Shown piece by piece: positions 35,491-47,700 of a DNA stretch of 64,000 nucleotides; positions within the stretch are counted from its first letter, which is position 1; every line of letters begins with the position of its first letter. The stretch spans positions 43,526,001 through 43,590,000 of the forward strand of contig CM052816.1 of NCBI GenBank assembly GCA_028534125.1, given 5' to 3'. Below the pieces are notes generated by a model, which ran no database searches, had not been told where the DNA came from, and saw nothing but the letters and a program-made list of their open reading frames with translations. A program made the translations under genes and the position numbers. The stretch comes from Lama glama (lineage: Eukaryota).

Positions 35491-37134
35491 TTCCTTACAA
35501 CACATCATGATGTACACTGAGTGATTTGCTCTTTATCATATATGAGCCCCCAAGGAAGAAAAGTAGCTATAAAGTTCCTATGTGGTCATAATATGGCAAG
35601 TAAAAGGAAATTCCTTATACGCACTGAAATGGAAGACCACTATTTCAATATTTAGGGCTGGGGTGCCAAACAATCTATTCAGGTCTATTAAAACTCCTCA
35701 TTGATATGTTCATTTTAGTATACACTCATTTCTTTTTGGTACCATTACATGCTAGAAGTTTTTCTTTCTGAAAAAAATGATATTGTTAGAAAAATCTTGC
35801 AAGGAAAGAAGTTAGTGCTTTGAGGACCTAAGTTGGGAATTCTCACTCAGACATGTCTATTCAAGAATCAGCAGCAGAAATAACTGTGCCTCATGACCAT
35901 CTGACCTGGAATTGGGCAGGAACAGACAGCCTGGCTGAAGGGGGAAGATGTGGAAGCAAATGCTGTGTATGGGCCCCCAGAGAGGATCAGGGTCAGTATC
36001 CCAGAGTGAAAATCCTGGCCCAATGGGGCCCAGGTGACCTCAGTTGTAGGCAGATTTGCCTGTTCATTGTCTGCCTCCACAAAAAAAATGCAATGGTTGC
36101 TCCATGGTTTCTGTTTTATTATTATTATTTTTTAAACAAGATCTGCTTAGCTGGTGATTTGATTCAAGATAGTGTTTTAAATATAAATAGCATTTGTAAA
36201 AATAATGATTGACCTAGTTCCCTTATTGGCAAAAGTGGGGTTTGTGCTCTACCATCTCCAGGTCCCCTCCATAGCTAACCTACTAGAATTCTATGAATCA
36301 GGACCCTGTTGCACACGTCCTCTTTCTCAGCCAGGCAGCCAACCAGCCACTCTGTATTCCATATCACATGTATTTGTGTAACAACAATGTTACAAGGAAC
36401 TGGCACGAATGAATGGAAATACATCTCCAACCATGACTACGTCATATCATCTTAACAAGTAGGAAAAGTATCTCTATATGCATATCAGGTGCACTACAGA
36501 GTCTCTGTGATGGGAAACACTTGACAGTTATGATGAAATCTGTGATGACACAGACATGAAGAACTTTGGCGACCACTGCAAGTGGAGCTCAACCTTGCCA
36601 GTACCATGTATTCTTTATTACCAGGCTACATTCTCACCTGCTGGAGTAACATGAAGGACTCTGTGCTCCAAACCACAGCTGGCAATTTACTCTTAAAGCA
36701 TTTAAATAAAAACTGAATCCCTCACAGCTTGGTTAACATAAGCACAATGACTTTTTCAGAATGCAGTGGAAAGACATGCTCTTCCTAAGATGACAGTACT
36801 ACAGTTGACTTTACTCGTTTTATTTACTATCCTTCGCTTCATTTAGTAGATGTCACAAGACAAGCAATTTCTACTAATGGGAGTATTGAATGGCTTGAAA
36901 CTGGGCTTTCAAATGAACCAGCTGGATCAGAAATACTATTTATGTACATACATGTACATCCTATGTGATGACAAACCAAGTCCACAATACACATTTTTTC
37001 ACAGTGTACAATCTTACCTAATTCTCTCCTCTTTAAATAGCTGTCCACTTTACTGTGGAGTTTAAGGGAAAAAACACAAAACAAATTTTAGGCATCAGGC
37101 CTTATTGTGAAATACAGTATACATTAGCAACCTA

Positions 37135-37535
37135 TGAGCTCACTTATATGAAGAATTGAAAATAATCAGACTCATAGAGGCAAAGAATAAAATGGTGGTT
37201 ACTAACAGCTGAGGGCAGAGGGAAACGAGGAGGTGTTGGCCAAAGGTTATAAAGTTTTAGTTATGCAAGGTGGTAAGTCCTAGAGATCTACTGTGTGGCC
37301 TATTGCATATAGTTAACAATGCTCTTCTGTGTATATAAACATTTGCTAAGAGGGCAGATCTGATACTGTGTTCTTATCATATACCGAAAAGAAAATAGGG
37401 CAGGAGGTAACTTTTGGAGGTGAGGAGATGAATAAGTCTGTGGCGTAGATGGTGGTGATGGATTAACAGGTGTATACTTATCTCCAAACTCATCAAGTTG
37501 TATACCTTAAATAAATATAGCTTTTTGCATGTTGA
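37135..37535 (+). mobile_element. L1MA/L1MB 3' UTR
   Basis: CTCACTTATATG, AATGGTGGTTAC, TAAGTCCTAGAGATCTA, TTTGCTAAGAGGGCAGATCT, AAACTCATCAAGTTGTATAC, followed by a GA-rich tail. Confidence 0.85.
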
Positions 37536-38339
37536 AAAAAGAAGGAAAGAGAGAGAGAGAAAGAAAGAAGAAACCTATGAGGCTAAATAGGAGCCCACTC
37601 CCTGTTGGATCCCCAAAGCAGAGACTCCTCGCTCACCTGGGGCCTTTGCAGAACGGGCCCGGGCGTTGGAGCGAGGAGCCAGCAGGAGCAGGGAGTTTCT
37701 GTGGGCTCCAGGTGGTTGCCACCAGCAGGTTTCCGGGCAAAAGTGCAACAGGCTTCTGATGGATGAGTCATCCTCTCACCTCTCCTTCTTTAGCGCTTTC
37801 TCTCTCCAAGTCCTCCCACTGGGATCCCTCTCTCCTCTGGCTGCTGGGCTGTCTTCACATAGTCCTTCCCTTTCCACAGGCTTCTGTATTCGCACCCCAC
37901 CCCCAACTCCCTTCTCTTTCCTCCAGTTGAAAATACCCATTTCTCAGTAAATATAGATTGTTCTTTAAGAGATTATTAGATTAAAGAATGCATACCGAGT
38001 TTCAAGATACTTGAAATGTACCCTGAATTTACCTTTTAAAAAAAGCAGATTATTAAACCAAACAAATGTAAAACTAATATGGAAATGTTTCTAAGTAGGA
38101 AAAGACTCCCTGTGTCTTTGCTACTCTGACACCTACTGTGATGTCCATATATTTCCAATAAATTAAAAAAAATTAGTGCCCAATAAGCAGTCACTTTACT
38201 CTTAAAACTTTGCAGACTGTCTCTCCTGGCCCTACGAACGTCCGGTGAGGATGGAGGGTTGTGCTTTCAGATGCTAGGAATTGACCAAATCAGGTAAATA
38301 AGACTGAAATACCCTACTTTAAAAAAAATAATAGTTGTA

Positions 38340-39290
38340 TTTTATGTTTATTTAATTATTAAAATAAGTAATAGGTTCACGTGGTTTAAAAATTTAACAA
38401 GGGTAAAAATGAACACAGTAGAAGTTTCCTTCTCATCAGTCCCCCATCTGCTGGTTTCCATCCCTGCACCAAAATAGATAACCTCTGTTATCAGTTTCTT
38501 GTACAGATTTCCAGATATTTAATAAATGTTTGTGTAAGCAAATGTTAACACATTCTTTTCCCCGCTTTTAAAACAACTACAGCAATTGCTGTCCGCACTT
38601 AGGTTTTTTTCCCATCACTTAACAATACATCTTACGTATCTTTACATATGGGTACTGTGGAACTTCCCTATCCTTCAATTTTTTTATTATGGCTGAACAG
38701 TATCCCATTATTGCTTATGCTGTGATTTATTTAAACAGTTGGCTATTGATGAACTTCTAGATTGTTCCAATCTTTCGCTTATTACAAAAACTGCTGCAGT
38801 AAATAACCCTGCACATTCATGATTTGCCCATGTGTGAATATATCTGTAGAATAAACTCCTAGAACTGGAACTGCTGAGTCAAAGAGTATATGCATTTGTA
38901 ATTTCAATAAATATTGCCAAATTGCCTTCCAGAATGATTATACCTATTTACACTCCCACCAGCAATGAATCACTGCTCCCGTTTCTCTGTATCTTGCCAA
39001 CCCTAGGGGTTGTCAAATTTTTGGATTTTTACCAACATGATAGTGAAATCTGGTATCTTGATGTAGTTTTAATTTGCATTTTTTTCTGTGTAGGAGTGAT
39101 TTGAGCATTTCTTTCATATGTTTATGAGTCATTTATATTTCCTTTTCTGTGAACTATTATTCACTTTTCTAGTTTTTTTTTTTTAATTTTATGGTCTCTA
39201 TATAGATTAGAGAGTTTAGTTCTTTGTCTGTATTGTAAGTAGGATAAATTACAAATATTTTTTCCCAGTTTGTTGCTTATCTTTTTACTT
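38340..39290 (-). mobile_element. Old L1M (MC/ME-like) 3' region
   Basis: ATAACCTCTGTTATCAGTTTCTTG, TAAACTCCTAGAACTGGAACTGCTGAGTCAAAGAGTAT, TTACACTCCCACCAGCAATG. Confidence 0.85.
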
Positions 39291-39825
39291 CAAAGAGTTG
39301 TTTTAAAGACTGAATAATGTGGATAACTGCATTAGTGTTTCATGTCATTTTGCTGCACACACAACTATGGATGAAGGTAGACAGATAAATAGATTGTGTA
39401 TATGTGTATGTGTTTGTATAGATTTTTTTTTTCTTAGAGCATAAGTAATACCATACAGGCAACTCATGCATTTGTATAGAGAGTCAACTCTTCCTGTAGG
39501 CAGAGGAGGAACACAAGCATATTCTCCAAAAGAGGTTCAGAATGTTTACCGAGTGGCCTCCTGTGCAATGTTCATGGACATTGGCACTAGGGATAGAAAA
39601 GTGACTGAGACATTGAAGCTTTACTTGAAAAGTTCACAGTTTGGTAGCCATGGTGAGGAAGTCGGATGTTCAAATAAAGAAATATAACAGAGTAAAAGAC
39701 AAATATAAACATGTAAGCAGAATTAAAATACAGCAGGAGAAATGTGTACATAGCTACGAACATGGTGGTAAGGGAGTAGGGAGGATGGCTGATTGACTGT
39801 AACCTCTATTTGTCAATAAACCACC

Positions 39826-40300
39826 GTATCAGTCAGGGCTCAGTGCAGAAAAGAGACGCTGCTCTGCCTGTTTCAAACAGAAAGGAATTTAATACAGGGG
39901 ATGGTGAGTTCACAAAACCACTGGGAGAGGACGGAGGAATGGAAGTCAGGCAGCTGCCCTGGACTTCTGGTTTCTGGTTATCCCACTGCCGCTGCAGTTG
40001 AGCAACTAGGGAAGCGTTGCAGCCCAGGCTACTGCTGCTTCTAGTCTGGCCGCTTCTCACCCAGGACACTGATGAGTAGAGAGGAGAATATAGACCTGTC
40101 ACTGCTGGCACGCGTGACTGTCAGAGCTTGCTTGTCAAGTGCACTGCCACAAGGAGGTGGTCTCCCCTGGGCTTCAGATCTGTCACAAGTACATCTCTTC
40201 GGCCAAATCCAGAATACAGCTGGAACTCCTGCTGTAAGGGAGCCTGGGGAAATGCGGTTTTATTTCTGCCAGTGCTTGTAATTCAGGGGGTGGCCATGGA
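39826..40300. mobile_element. ERVL-type LTR (LTR16/LTR33-like)
   Basis: Begins GTATCAGTCAGGGCTCAG...TTTCAAACAGAAAGGAATTTAATACAGGG, a recalled ERVL LTR end. Family is uncertain. Confidence 0.5.
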
Positions 40301-42334
40301 TGTCAAGAGGTCAGACACAATTTCAGTCACTCTGGTAAGAATTTATGAAGTAGGTGACTAAAGAATGGGTACATTAAATCGATATATTTTGTCCAGGTCA
40401 GGAAGAAGCCCAGGAGAATTCTAGAAAATAGGATTTACAAAGGAGTCCACCTGGCAGGAGACCTGGTAGTTGGGAGCGGGAAGATTGAGGACATGCGACC
40501 GTAAAGTATGGATGGAACTGGGAGAGCTATTAAAAGTGTGGTTGGGAGTGTTAGGGACAGTTCAGTTGCTTTTCATTATTATATAGGCATATACAATGAT
40601 GGTAGGAGTAACAATAAAAACAACATATGATTTATTTGATTTACTATTAAATCACATGAGGATGTATCAACATAATGAATGTGAAAACCTCTAGTAAACC
40701 TCAATGCCCTAACTATAAATGATACTGCTGGTAGGTCTTCTCATTTATATATAAGGAAACAAGTTTGAAAAAGTTAGTTTATCCAAACTGATTTCACTGT
40801 GTATTAGAGCTTGAACTCAGTCTTCCTTTTTTCCTCCCTTCCATCTTTCCCATCCCTCCTATTCTCCTTCCATTCTTCTCTCCTGTGACTTACTGAGCAT
40901 TTACTATCTGCTAGGGTGTTTGCTTAGATGCTCAAGGCAAAATCCTTTTCCTCAAGGACGCAGTAGCCCCCTAGTCTGTCTGATGTTCATTCAGGATTTT
41001 TTCTTACTGTATAACGCATGCTTCCCAGAATTACAGTAGGAGCATTGGGTTCTATTAGGACGCTAGCCCCTTGTGTCCTGTTTGGAACACACACACAAAC
41101 AAGGCATAGACCTGTTCTGACGATGGGGTAGTAGACTCTAAACTCAGCCCTGTAGAACTCAGTTGTAGCAGTAAACACAGTTCCTTGCTGGTAAACGGGT
41201 CATATATAGAATTGCCTACATGTATATGGGCTATAAGATTTGACTCTTGGGAAAAAATAAAACGAAAGACTAAAAAGGCTATGAAATATCTCCAGGGTAT
41301 TAAAGTGAAGCTAACCACATAAAAGACACATGACATTTGCTGTGAATAGATAGACTGAGCATTTTGGTTCTTGTGCTGGTTTTTAGCTGCCAGTGATTCT
41401 TGTGGCAACAATCCAAGTTTTCAGGACACTATCACATTTTTAAGTTTTCCTAATGAATTATAATAACATTTCTGTAGTTTACATCAAATCGTGTTGAATG
41501 GCATTTTTAGCAAATTGTGTCGCTGTGAATTTCCAAATTTTACGGAATTTCTTGTGCCAAAAAATAATCAGTGAAAATGATTTTATGTGAAACTTTTTGA
41601 AAGCCAAGTTTAGCTGATTTTGCTAAACAGCACAAGCAAACAATTTATTCCGTCTTTCTCCAAGTCCTTTTTCTGTGCCTTGTTCTCTGCTTCCAGGGCC
41701 CCCTCCCTCTTCCCCTCTCTCAGCTTCTTTCACTTTGTTTACTGGCCTTTGTTTCTGCTTCTAGTTCGTCTTTCTCTAACATTATCAGCCCTCCCTACAT
41801 CCCTCCTCCTGTAGCCATAACCAAGCCTTGGGCTATGATTTTGGGTTGAGGGTCACAGAGGTCATGGATTTTCTGCTGAAAGAAAGAAAAAAAGGGGGGG
41901 GGAGTGGAGAATGATCACTTTTGCTCTCACGTCTGCCCTTGGTGCTGAGAAATACATCTGAGAGTATCCTGGTGCACATTATCACTGTAGGATTGAGACA
42001 AACACAGTACTCAGCACGAGAGGCCACACTCATGTTGCTGAGGATAAAAGAATGTACTCCGATGTGCCTGGACTTGGGGTTTGAGATCCTCGCGTGCGGG
42101 TGGTTAGACTGCCTCGGTAGATGTGTGCGTGTGTCCTTCTGCTCTGTTCTGTTTTCCAAACAGGGAGACAGTCACGGGGAGTGAAAACAGCGTGTGTGCT
42201 GCAGTCAGAGTTCTGAGGCTGGAGTCCTGGCTTCCCAGCCACTTAATCTTCCCGAATGTCAGTGTTTTCTGTTACCAAATAGGGAAACTAGTTACTTGCC
42301 CAGCTATAACAGTATTGCTATTAATGCTGTGAAC

Positions 42335-42545
42335 ATTAATTGAGTATTTACTATATGCCAGGTGTTCTGTTAAATACTTCTTTGCCCCATCTCAAACCCC
42401 TTTCCAGCATTAGGTAGTAGCAAAATTATCCCCGTTTTATGGATGAGAAGACTGAGGGAGGAAAACACTGCATTATTTACTCTAGGCCATGTAGCTAAGA
42501 AGTGGGGCTCAGTCTGATTCCAAAGCCCTTCTTTGAACCATGACA
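42335..42545 (-). mobile_element. MIR SINE, tail-to-tail with a plus-strand MIR fragment at ~42190-42320
   Basis: TTGAGTATTTACTATATGCCAGG, ATTATCCCCGTTTTATGGATGAGAAGACTGAGG, CAGTCTGATTCCAAAGCCC. Confidence 0.8.
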
Positions 42546-43059
42546 CTAGGGAGATATGAGAATTAAATCACCTAACAGAGTGTCAAATGTATAGAAGTTT
42601 TTTTTTTTTTTATGTCAAATCGTTTTGTTTAAGGTGATAAATGACAAGAGGCATAAAGACAGCTCCAGTTCCTAGGTTGGCTTTTTCAGAATGTTCTCTC
42701 CTATCGCCCTTACGTGGGCACACACCAGACCGAAAGAATGGTGACTTAAGTCTATGACCCAAATCATGGGGCGTATCAAGTCACCGCCAACCCTATTTCT
42801 TTGACCACATAGAAAATGTGGCAAACCCTGTAGAAAATAGCACGACAGACTGCAACTGGGGCACTATCTGGTCTCAGATCAGAGCCTGCAGGAAGGTGTC
42901 GTGCCCAGCGGGAATGGAAGAGGGAGATGGGGCTGGAGCCAGAAACACTCGGCTGCCAGTTACTCCTTGTAGTGCTCCTAATGGAGGCCACAGAAGCTTA
43001 CGGAGACTCTTGCAGAAAAGCCACATAATTATAGGCTGGCACTATATTCCAGCCTCTGT

Positions 43060-43067
<8 letters not shown>

Positions 43068-43096
<29 letters not shown>
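43068..43096. repeat. (GT)n microsatellite
   Basis: About 14 perfect GT units. Confidence 0.97.
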
Positions 43097-43099
<3 letters not shown>

Positions 43100-43298
43100 A
43101 GATCCTAGGTTGTATCTGGCACACATGCTAATTTCTACCTGCTGAATACAACTTGGTTTGTAATAATTGACACTTTCAGGAACTTTCTCAGCAACTCACC
43201 TCTGGCTGAGATTCTTTTCTAAACCATGTGACGCCAGATCGACATAAACATCTGATCGGTATGTTCTGCTTCAGGAGAATAATGAGTCTTCTTTCTGC

Positions 43299-43345
43299 AA
43301 AAAAAAAAAAAAAAAAAAAAAAAACCCCAAAAAACCAAAAAAACC
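43299..43345. repeat. Poly(A) tract with an A/C-rich extension
   Basis: A26 followed by CCCCAAAAAACCAAAAAACCC. Confidence 0.95.
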
Positions 43346-43799
43346 CAGAAAGCTCCGAAACTAACTATGGCAAATGTGTTAGGTGTGTCTGTAAATTTGG
43401 GCTCCTGTGAATTTCTTCAGGCCTTTTCAACTGTACCTAGATCGCAGATTGTCAAATCAGAGGGTTATTACTGAGGTTCTAGGAGGGCTTTGATTATTTC
43501 ATGAACTTGTCCCTAAATAGCACCTATTGCTTTGGTACAGGAATTTCCGACGTTCTTCACAATCTTTCCCCATCCCCCGGGGCCTGGGTCAACATTCCTA
43601 TAGTCTCTATTTTAAGATGAAGCACAGAGAGTTTAAGGGGTTTTTCCCATGGGCTCCCGGCAAGTCAGTGTCGATGCTGGACACAGCCTTCTCAAGCTTT
43701 TGGATTTAGATGAGCTTGCTGGGCCACGTATTTCCCCCAGCAATTATTTATACACATTATGCCCCCGACCTGGATGTGCTGGTGCTTATTTCCCATTTG

Positions 43800-44160
43800 T
43801 ATAATGAGGAATGCACCAGGCATCCAAGAAGGAGTACTTCTGCCGTGGCCCGGGCTTGATGGGCTGGGGAGGCTGGGAGGCAGGACAAGCGGGCCAGCGC
43901 CCAGCGCCAGGTGCGCCGCCCGGCACGGCCTGGGCAGAGCGAGGTCGAGCAGGGAGGACAGGGGAGGCGGACACCTCCTCTAAACTGGCTTTTTTCCCAA
44001 TGTAAAACATAGTTTAATCGTGGAATGCTGAAATCTTTTTCCGCCAGTTAGGCAACTGGAGAGGCGTCCTGAGGAAATACTGAGATTCACGAAGCTGATG
44101 GGAAACTTACATTCAGGTAGAACAGCACAGCTGGGCCGTGGGCGAGGAGAGAAAACGGAT
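43800..44160. promoter_or_regulatory. GC/CpG-rich putative promoter or enhancer
   Basis: CpG cluster 43844-43970, G4 motif 43852-43877, TEAD-type GGAATG at ~43808 and ~44022, minus-strand donor-like AAT|GTAAGT at ~44110. Confidence 0.45.
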
Positions 44161-44289
44161 ATTTTTTGCCTTTGTCTCTCAGAGGGACAGGTCATAAAGA
44201 GTATTTTAAAAAGCATGCATGGAAAATTAAATATGATAGTTTGGCAAGCTATTTCCTTTAAAATGGCTTTTATTAATAGTGTCTTTGTT

Positions 44290-44750
44290 ACAAAACTCTC
44301 TTGTCTTATAAATTCATTAAGTTAACTTTAGAAAATACAGATAAGCAGAGGGGAGAAAGTAAAATCCCCTAAATTCCACTACCAAGGGGTTAGCCTTTAT
44401 TAACATTTTTCTTTCTTCAAAAGGGGGTTACTCTTTTTTTTTTCTATAAGGATTATACATTGTATAATTTACTGCCTGTTACACAGTCACACATGCAGAG
44501 GCTTATACTATGCATGCTGCCTTATAACCTGCTTTTTAATCTGAACACTGAAATAACTTTGAGAGTCTTCTCTGGTCATTAAACACACTTTTCCAACATC
44601 ATTCCTGATGGTTGCATAGCATTTCATTCTACTGATGTATCATCGTTTATTTAACTAATCCCTCATTGCTAGACATTTATGCTGTTTCCAAGTTCTCCCT
44701 GTTATAAACAGGCTATGATGAAGACGTCAATCCATTTATCACGGCATCAG
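44290..44750 (-). mobile_element. L1ME-like 3' fragment
   Basis: TAGAAAATACAGATAAGCA, GGTTGCATAGCATTTCATT, TTATTTAACTAATCCC...GACATTTATGCTGTTTCCAA. Confidence 0.75.
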
Positions 44751-47700
44751 ATCATACATTCAATTTGTATCTTGTGGGAGACCTAAACCATAAGGTTGCT
44801 AAGCAAGATCACTGCTGTATGAATCTTTTAATGGGAAGACCTGAGGTGAGAGAGCTGCTCTGAGACTAACCAGGGCTAAGGTGACAGGTGTCAAACAGTA
44901 GAGGGCTCTTTCTTGTTCACTGGAAGTGGAGATAAGACCAACCAGCTAAGAGCGCTAGGTGGCTAAGGAGCTGTACTTCTCACACAGCAAACTAGATAGT
45001 GGGAGAATTGCACCTAATTAAGATACTGAATACAACACTTAAAATGTGTTAAAAAGGAGGGAGCTCCTTCGGCTAAACTCTAGGTGTGCTGAAGTAGTTG
45101 TCTGAGGATGTAAATATGCTAAATATACCGGCCCCGTCGCCTTTGATGCAGGCCTTTCTAAGACACATTGCTAAAATAAAAACAAAGAAAAAGCAAACAT
45201 TAAACTCCCACCACCACAGCAAAACCCCAGACCTGCCTTTTGTTGATTGCCTTTGGTTCTGGGTTAGCTCGGCCTTTTTGAATTTAGCAGCTCTCTCACC
45301 AGCTGCTTTGGAAAGGCCAAGTCATGCAGTTTTTTCACGTGTAGGTCCACGGGGCTGAAGAAACAAGCCTGCTTGTTTTGTATCATTCCCTTGAGCTAAA
45401 AAAACTTCTGTGGAATTAAAAGGAGCCCATTTGAATGCATCAATTCTTACCTCAGTCTCCCTCTGCCCTCTCCATCCGACCCTCAGCTATTTTTTTTTAA
45501 ATACATATATTTCCAGCCTGCACTGGTGATAAGTTGACTGGCAGATATGAAGGTCGAGGCTGAGGGGACATGTGATCTGAGAAAACTGTGGCAGTGCTAT
45601 GGACTGAAGCAATCAGAAACGTACATTTTTGACTGTGCAGACATTTATGGCCTGTATCTTCAACAGCAGGGCTCAGGGTGGCATAATGATGTTGGCCTCT
45701 CCCCGGAGAGTTCTGGATGGCTCCGTGAACACGGTCAGAGAATAACATGTTTTGTTTTCCTTCTCCTTGGGGTGACCATTGTCTCCAGTTGGTCCTGTGC
45801 TCCGTGAGTCATTAATTAAACCCAGAATCTTGATAAGTGACCTGTTGCGGCGCTGAGTTCATTCCCGACTTATTCTGCTTCACTGCATAATATTTGGCCG
45901 ATGTGTCTTGTTCTTATTTTGGGGGAAAAAAATGTGCCTCTTTCTCCCCCGCACCATGAGGATTCATTTTTGGGATGAGGAGCAAAAGGCGAGGTTAAGA
46001 AAAACCCAGCCACCTCCAGAGTGCAAAAACTGCAATAAACCCATCACCTCTAACAACAGCGGAGCATGAAAAGATAAAAAACCGCCTGCCAAGAGTGTAG
46101 TAACCACCCATTCACTTTTAAATGCTCTCCACACTTCAATGCACAGACCTAATTACTTTTTCTGCATTCCCAAATCCACTTGGCCCGCACTGCAATCAGA
46201 GACCTGGCGTTAAAATATTTTAGACTTGGAGGATCAAGACTAATTATGGGCCTTAGCTGTACCTTTTGGTTTTTCTCCCCCTACCCTCCCTTCTCTTCTT
46301 TGGGTTACTTTAAAGCACGCTCCACTGGAAGAAAGGCTGCCCAGTCCCAGTTGGGGGTGAAGCTTCGAGAGAATAAAACAAAGAGCAACTCAACTCAATT
46401 CAGTAAGCTTCAATGAGGCTGGGATATTTAATGTGAGCCCAGGGTTAGCCCACAGAATTGCGGCAGAATGCAAGATTCTCGACAAAAAAAGATGTGTTTA
46501 AGGTCGGCTCAGGCCCCATAAGGCTGTTGTTGGTGTTTAAGGAGTCCACTGAGGTATTTAGCACCAAGGGTTTCTAAACATTCCAGCTGAGAATTAAACC
46601 GCAGCTTTACAGTAGCTGCTTAAAGGTTTGGGGGGCTGGGAGCGTCCCCTCCCCCTTGTATTGAAAGGTCAACAAACAGTAGGAAAGATCATGTCATAAC
46701 AAAGATGAAGCCACCTATTACCGAGTCTAGTGACGGCTAATAGCACGATCAGAGGGACTAATCCAAGGTATTAAGGACTGTAATTGTTCAAATAATATCA
46801 TGGTTATTAGAACACCCAAGCACGAGACATTTTTCATTTTGCATAATATGGAAGTATGGCAGGTGAGCTTAGCCTTCCCCTGACAGGCACTTGTTATAGA
46901 TATGTAAATATTAGAAAATCGCTTCCGTGCTGCAATTTTCCTGCAGCGTCCAGAATGCATTTCTGATACGCAGACGTTATGTTTCATGACATTTACTAAA
47001 CCACGTTTGGGTAATTTTGCCGAGCGTTACACTCTTGAAAAGCTTTTATTCACCCAAAACAATTTACTGTGAAAGTTGGTGCTAATGTTTTACTTTACTG
47101 AGGCATTTTTAGTTTCGTGGATTTAATAAGGCAAATGCTAACACACAAAGAAGCACCGTTTCTCAGAGATGAGTTCAGGAAACAGCTACGGGAGGCTGAA
47201 CACTCACACAGTTAATTCTGTGGGAACTTCGGCCCTAAGTTTGAATTCTCATAAGTTTTATGAGACTGGGTCTAGGCATAGGTATCTTAGGTTCACACAG
47301 TTCTTATTCAGAATATTAGAAAGAAATGTGGTCACCTTGAAAGAATACAAATAGCACAAGAGAACCCTCAACATCGAAAACACACAAGGCTACTAAAATG
47401 CTTCCCTGTTTCTTTCAGTTGCCAGTAGTTGAGAATCCAAACCACAAGTTGTACTGGAGGAGAGGGTTTAAAACAGTAAGATGTTTTAGATGGTCAGAGT
47501 TTGTAGGGCACTTAAAAAATAAAACAAGGGGCACATACGTTGGCTCACAACCACCAATTAACCCTCCTTGTTAGATAGGTAATTTATTCCACTCAGAGGC
47601 ATCAAATGTCAGAGAAATCATGGGCCAAAACAGTAATTATCCACAGGGGATTCAAAGGCTTTGAAAGCCAATAATTCCAAAGAAATAAAAACAGAGTTCT

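Noticed and set aside
43299..43345. Poly(A) as the tail of a retrocopy or SINE
   Set aside because: No recognisable element body or TSD upstream.
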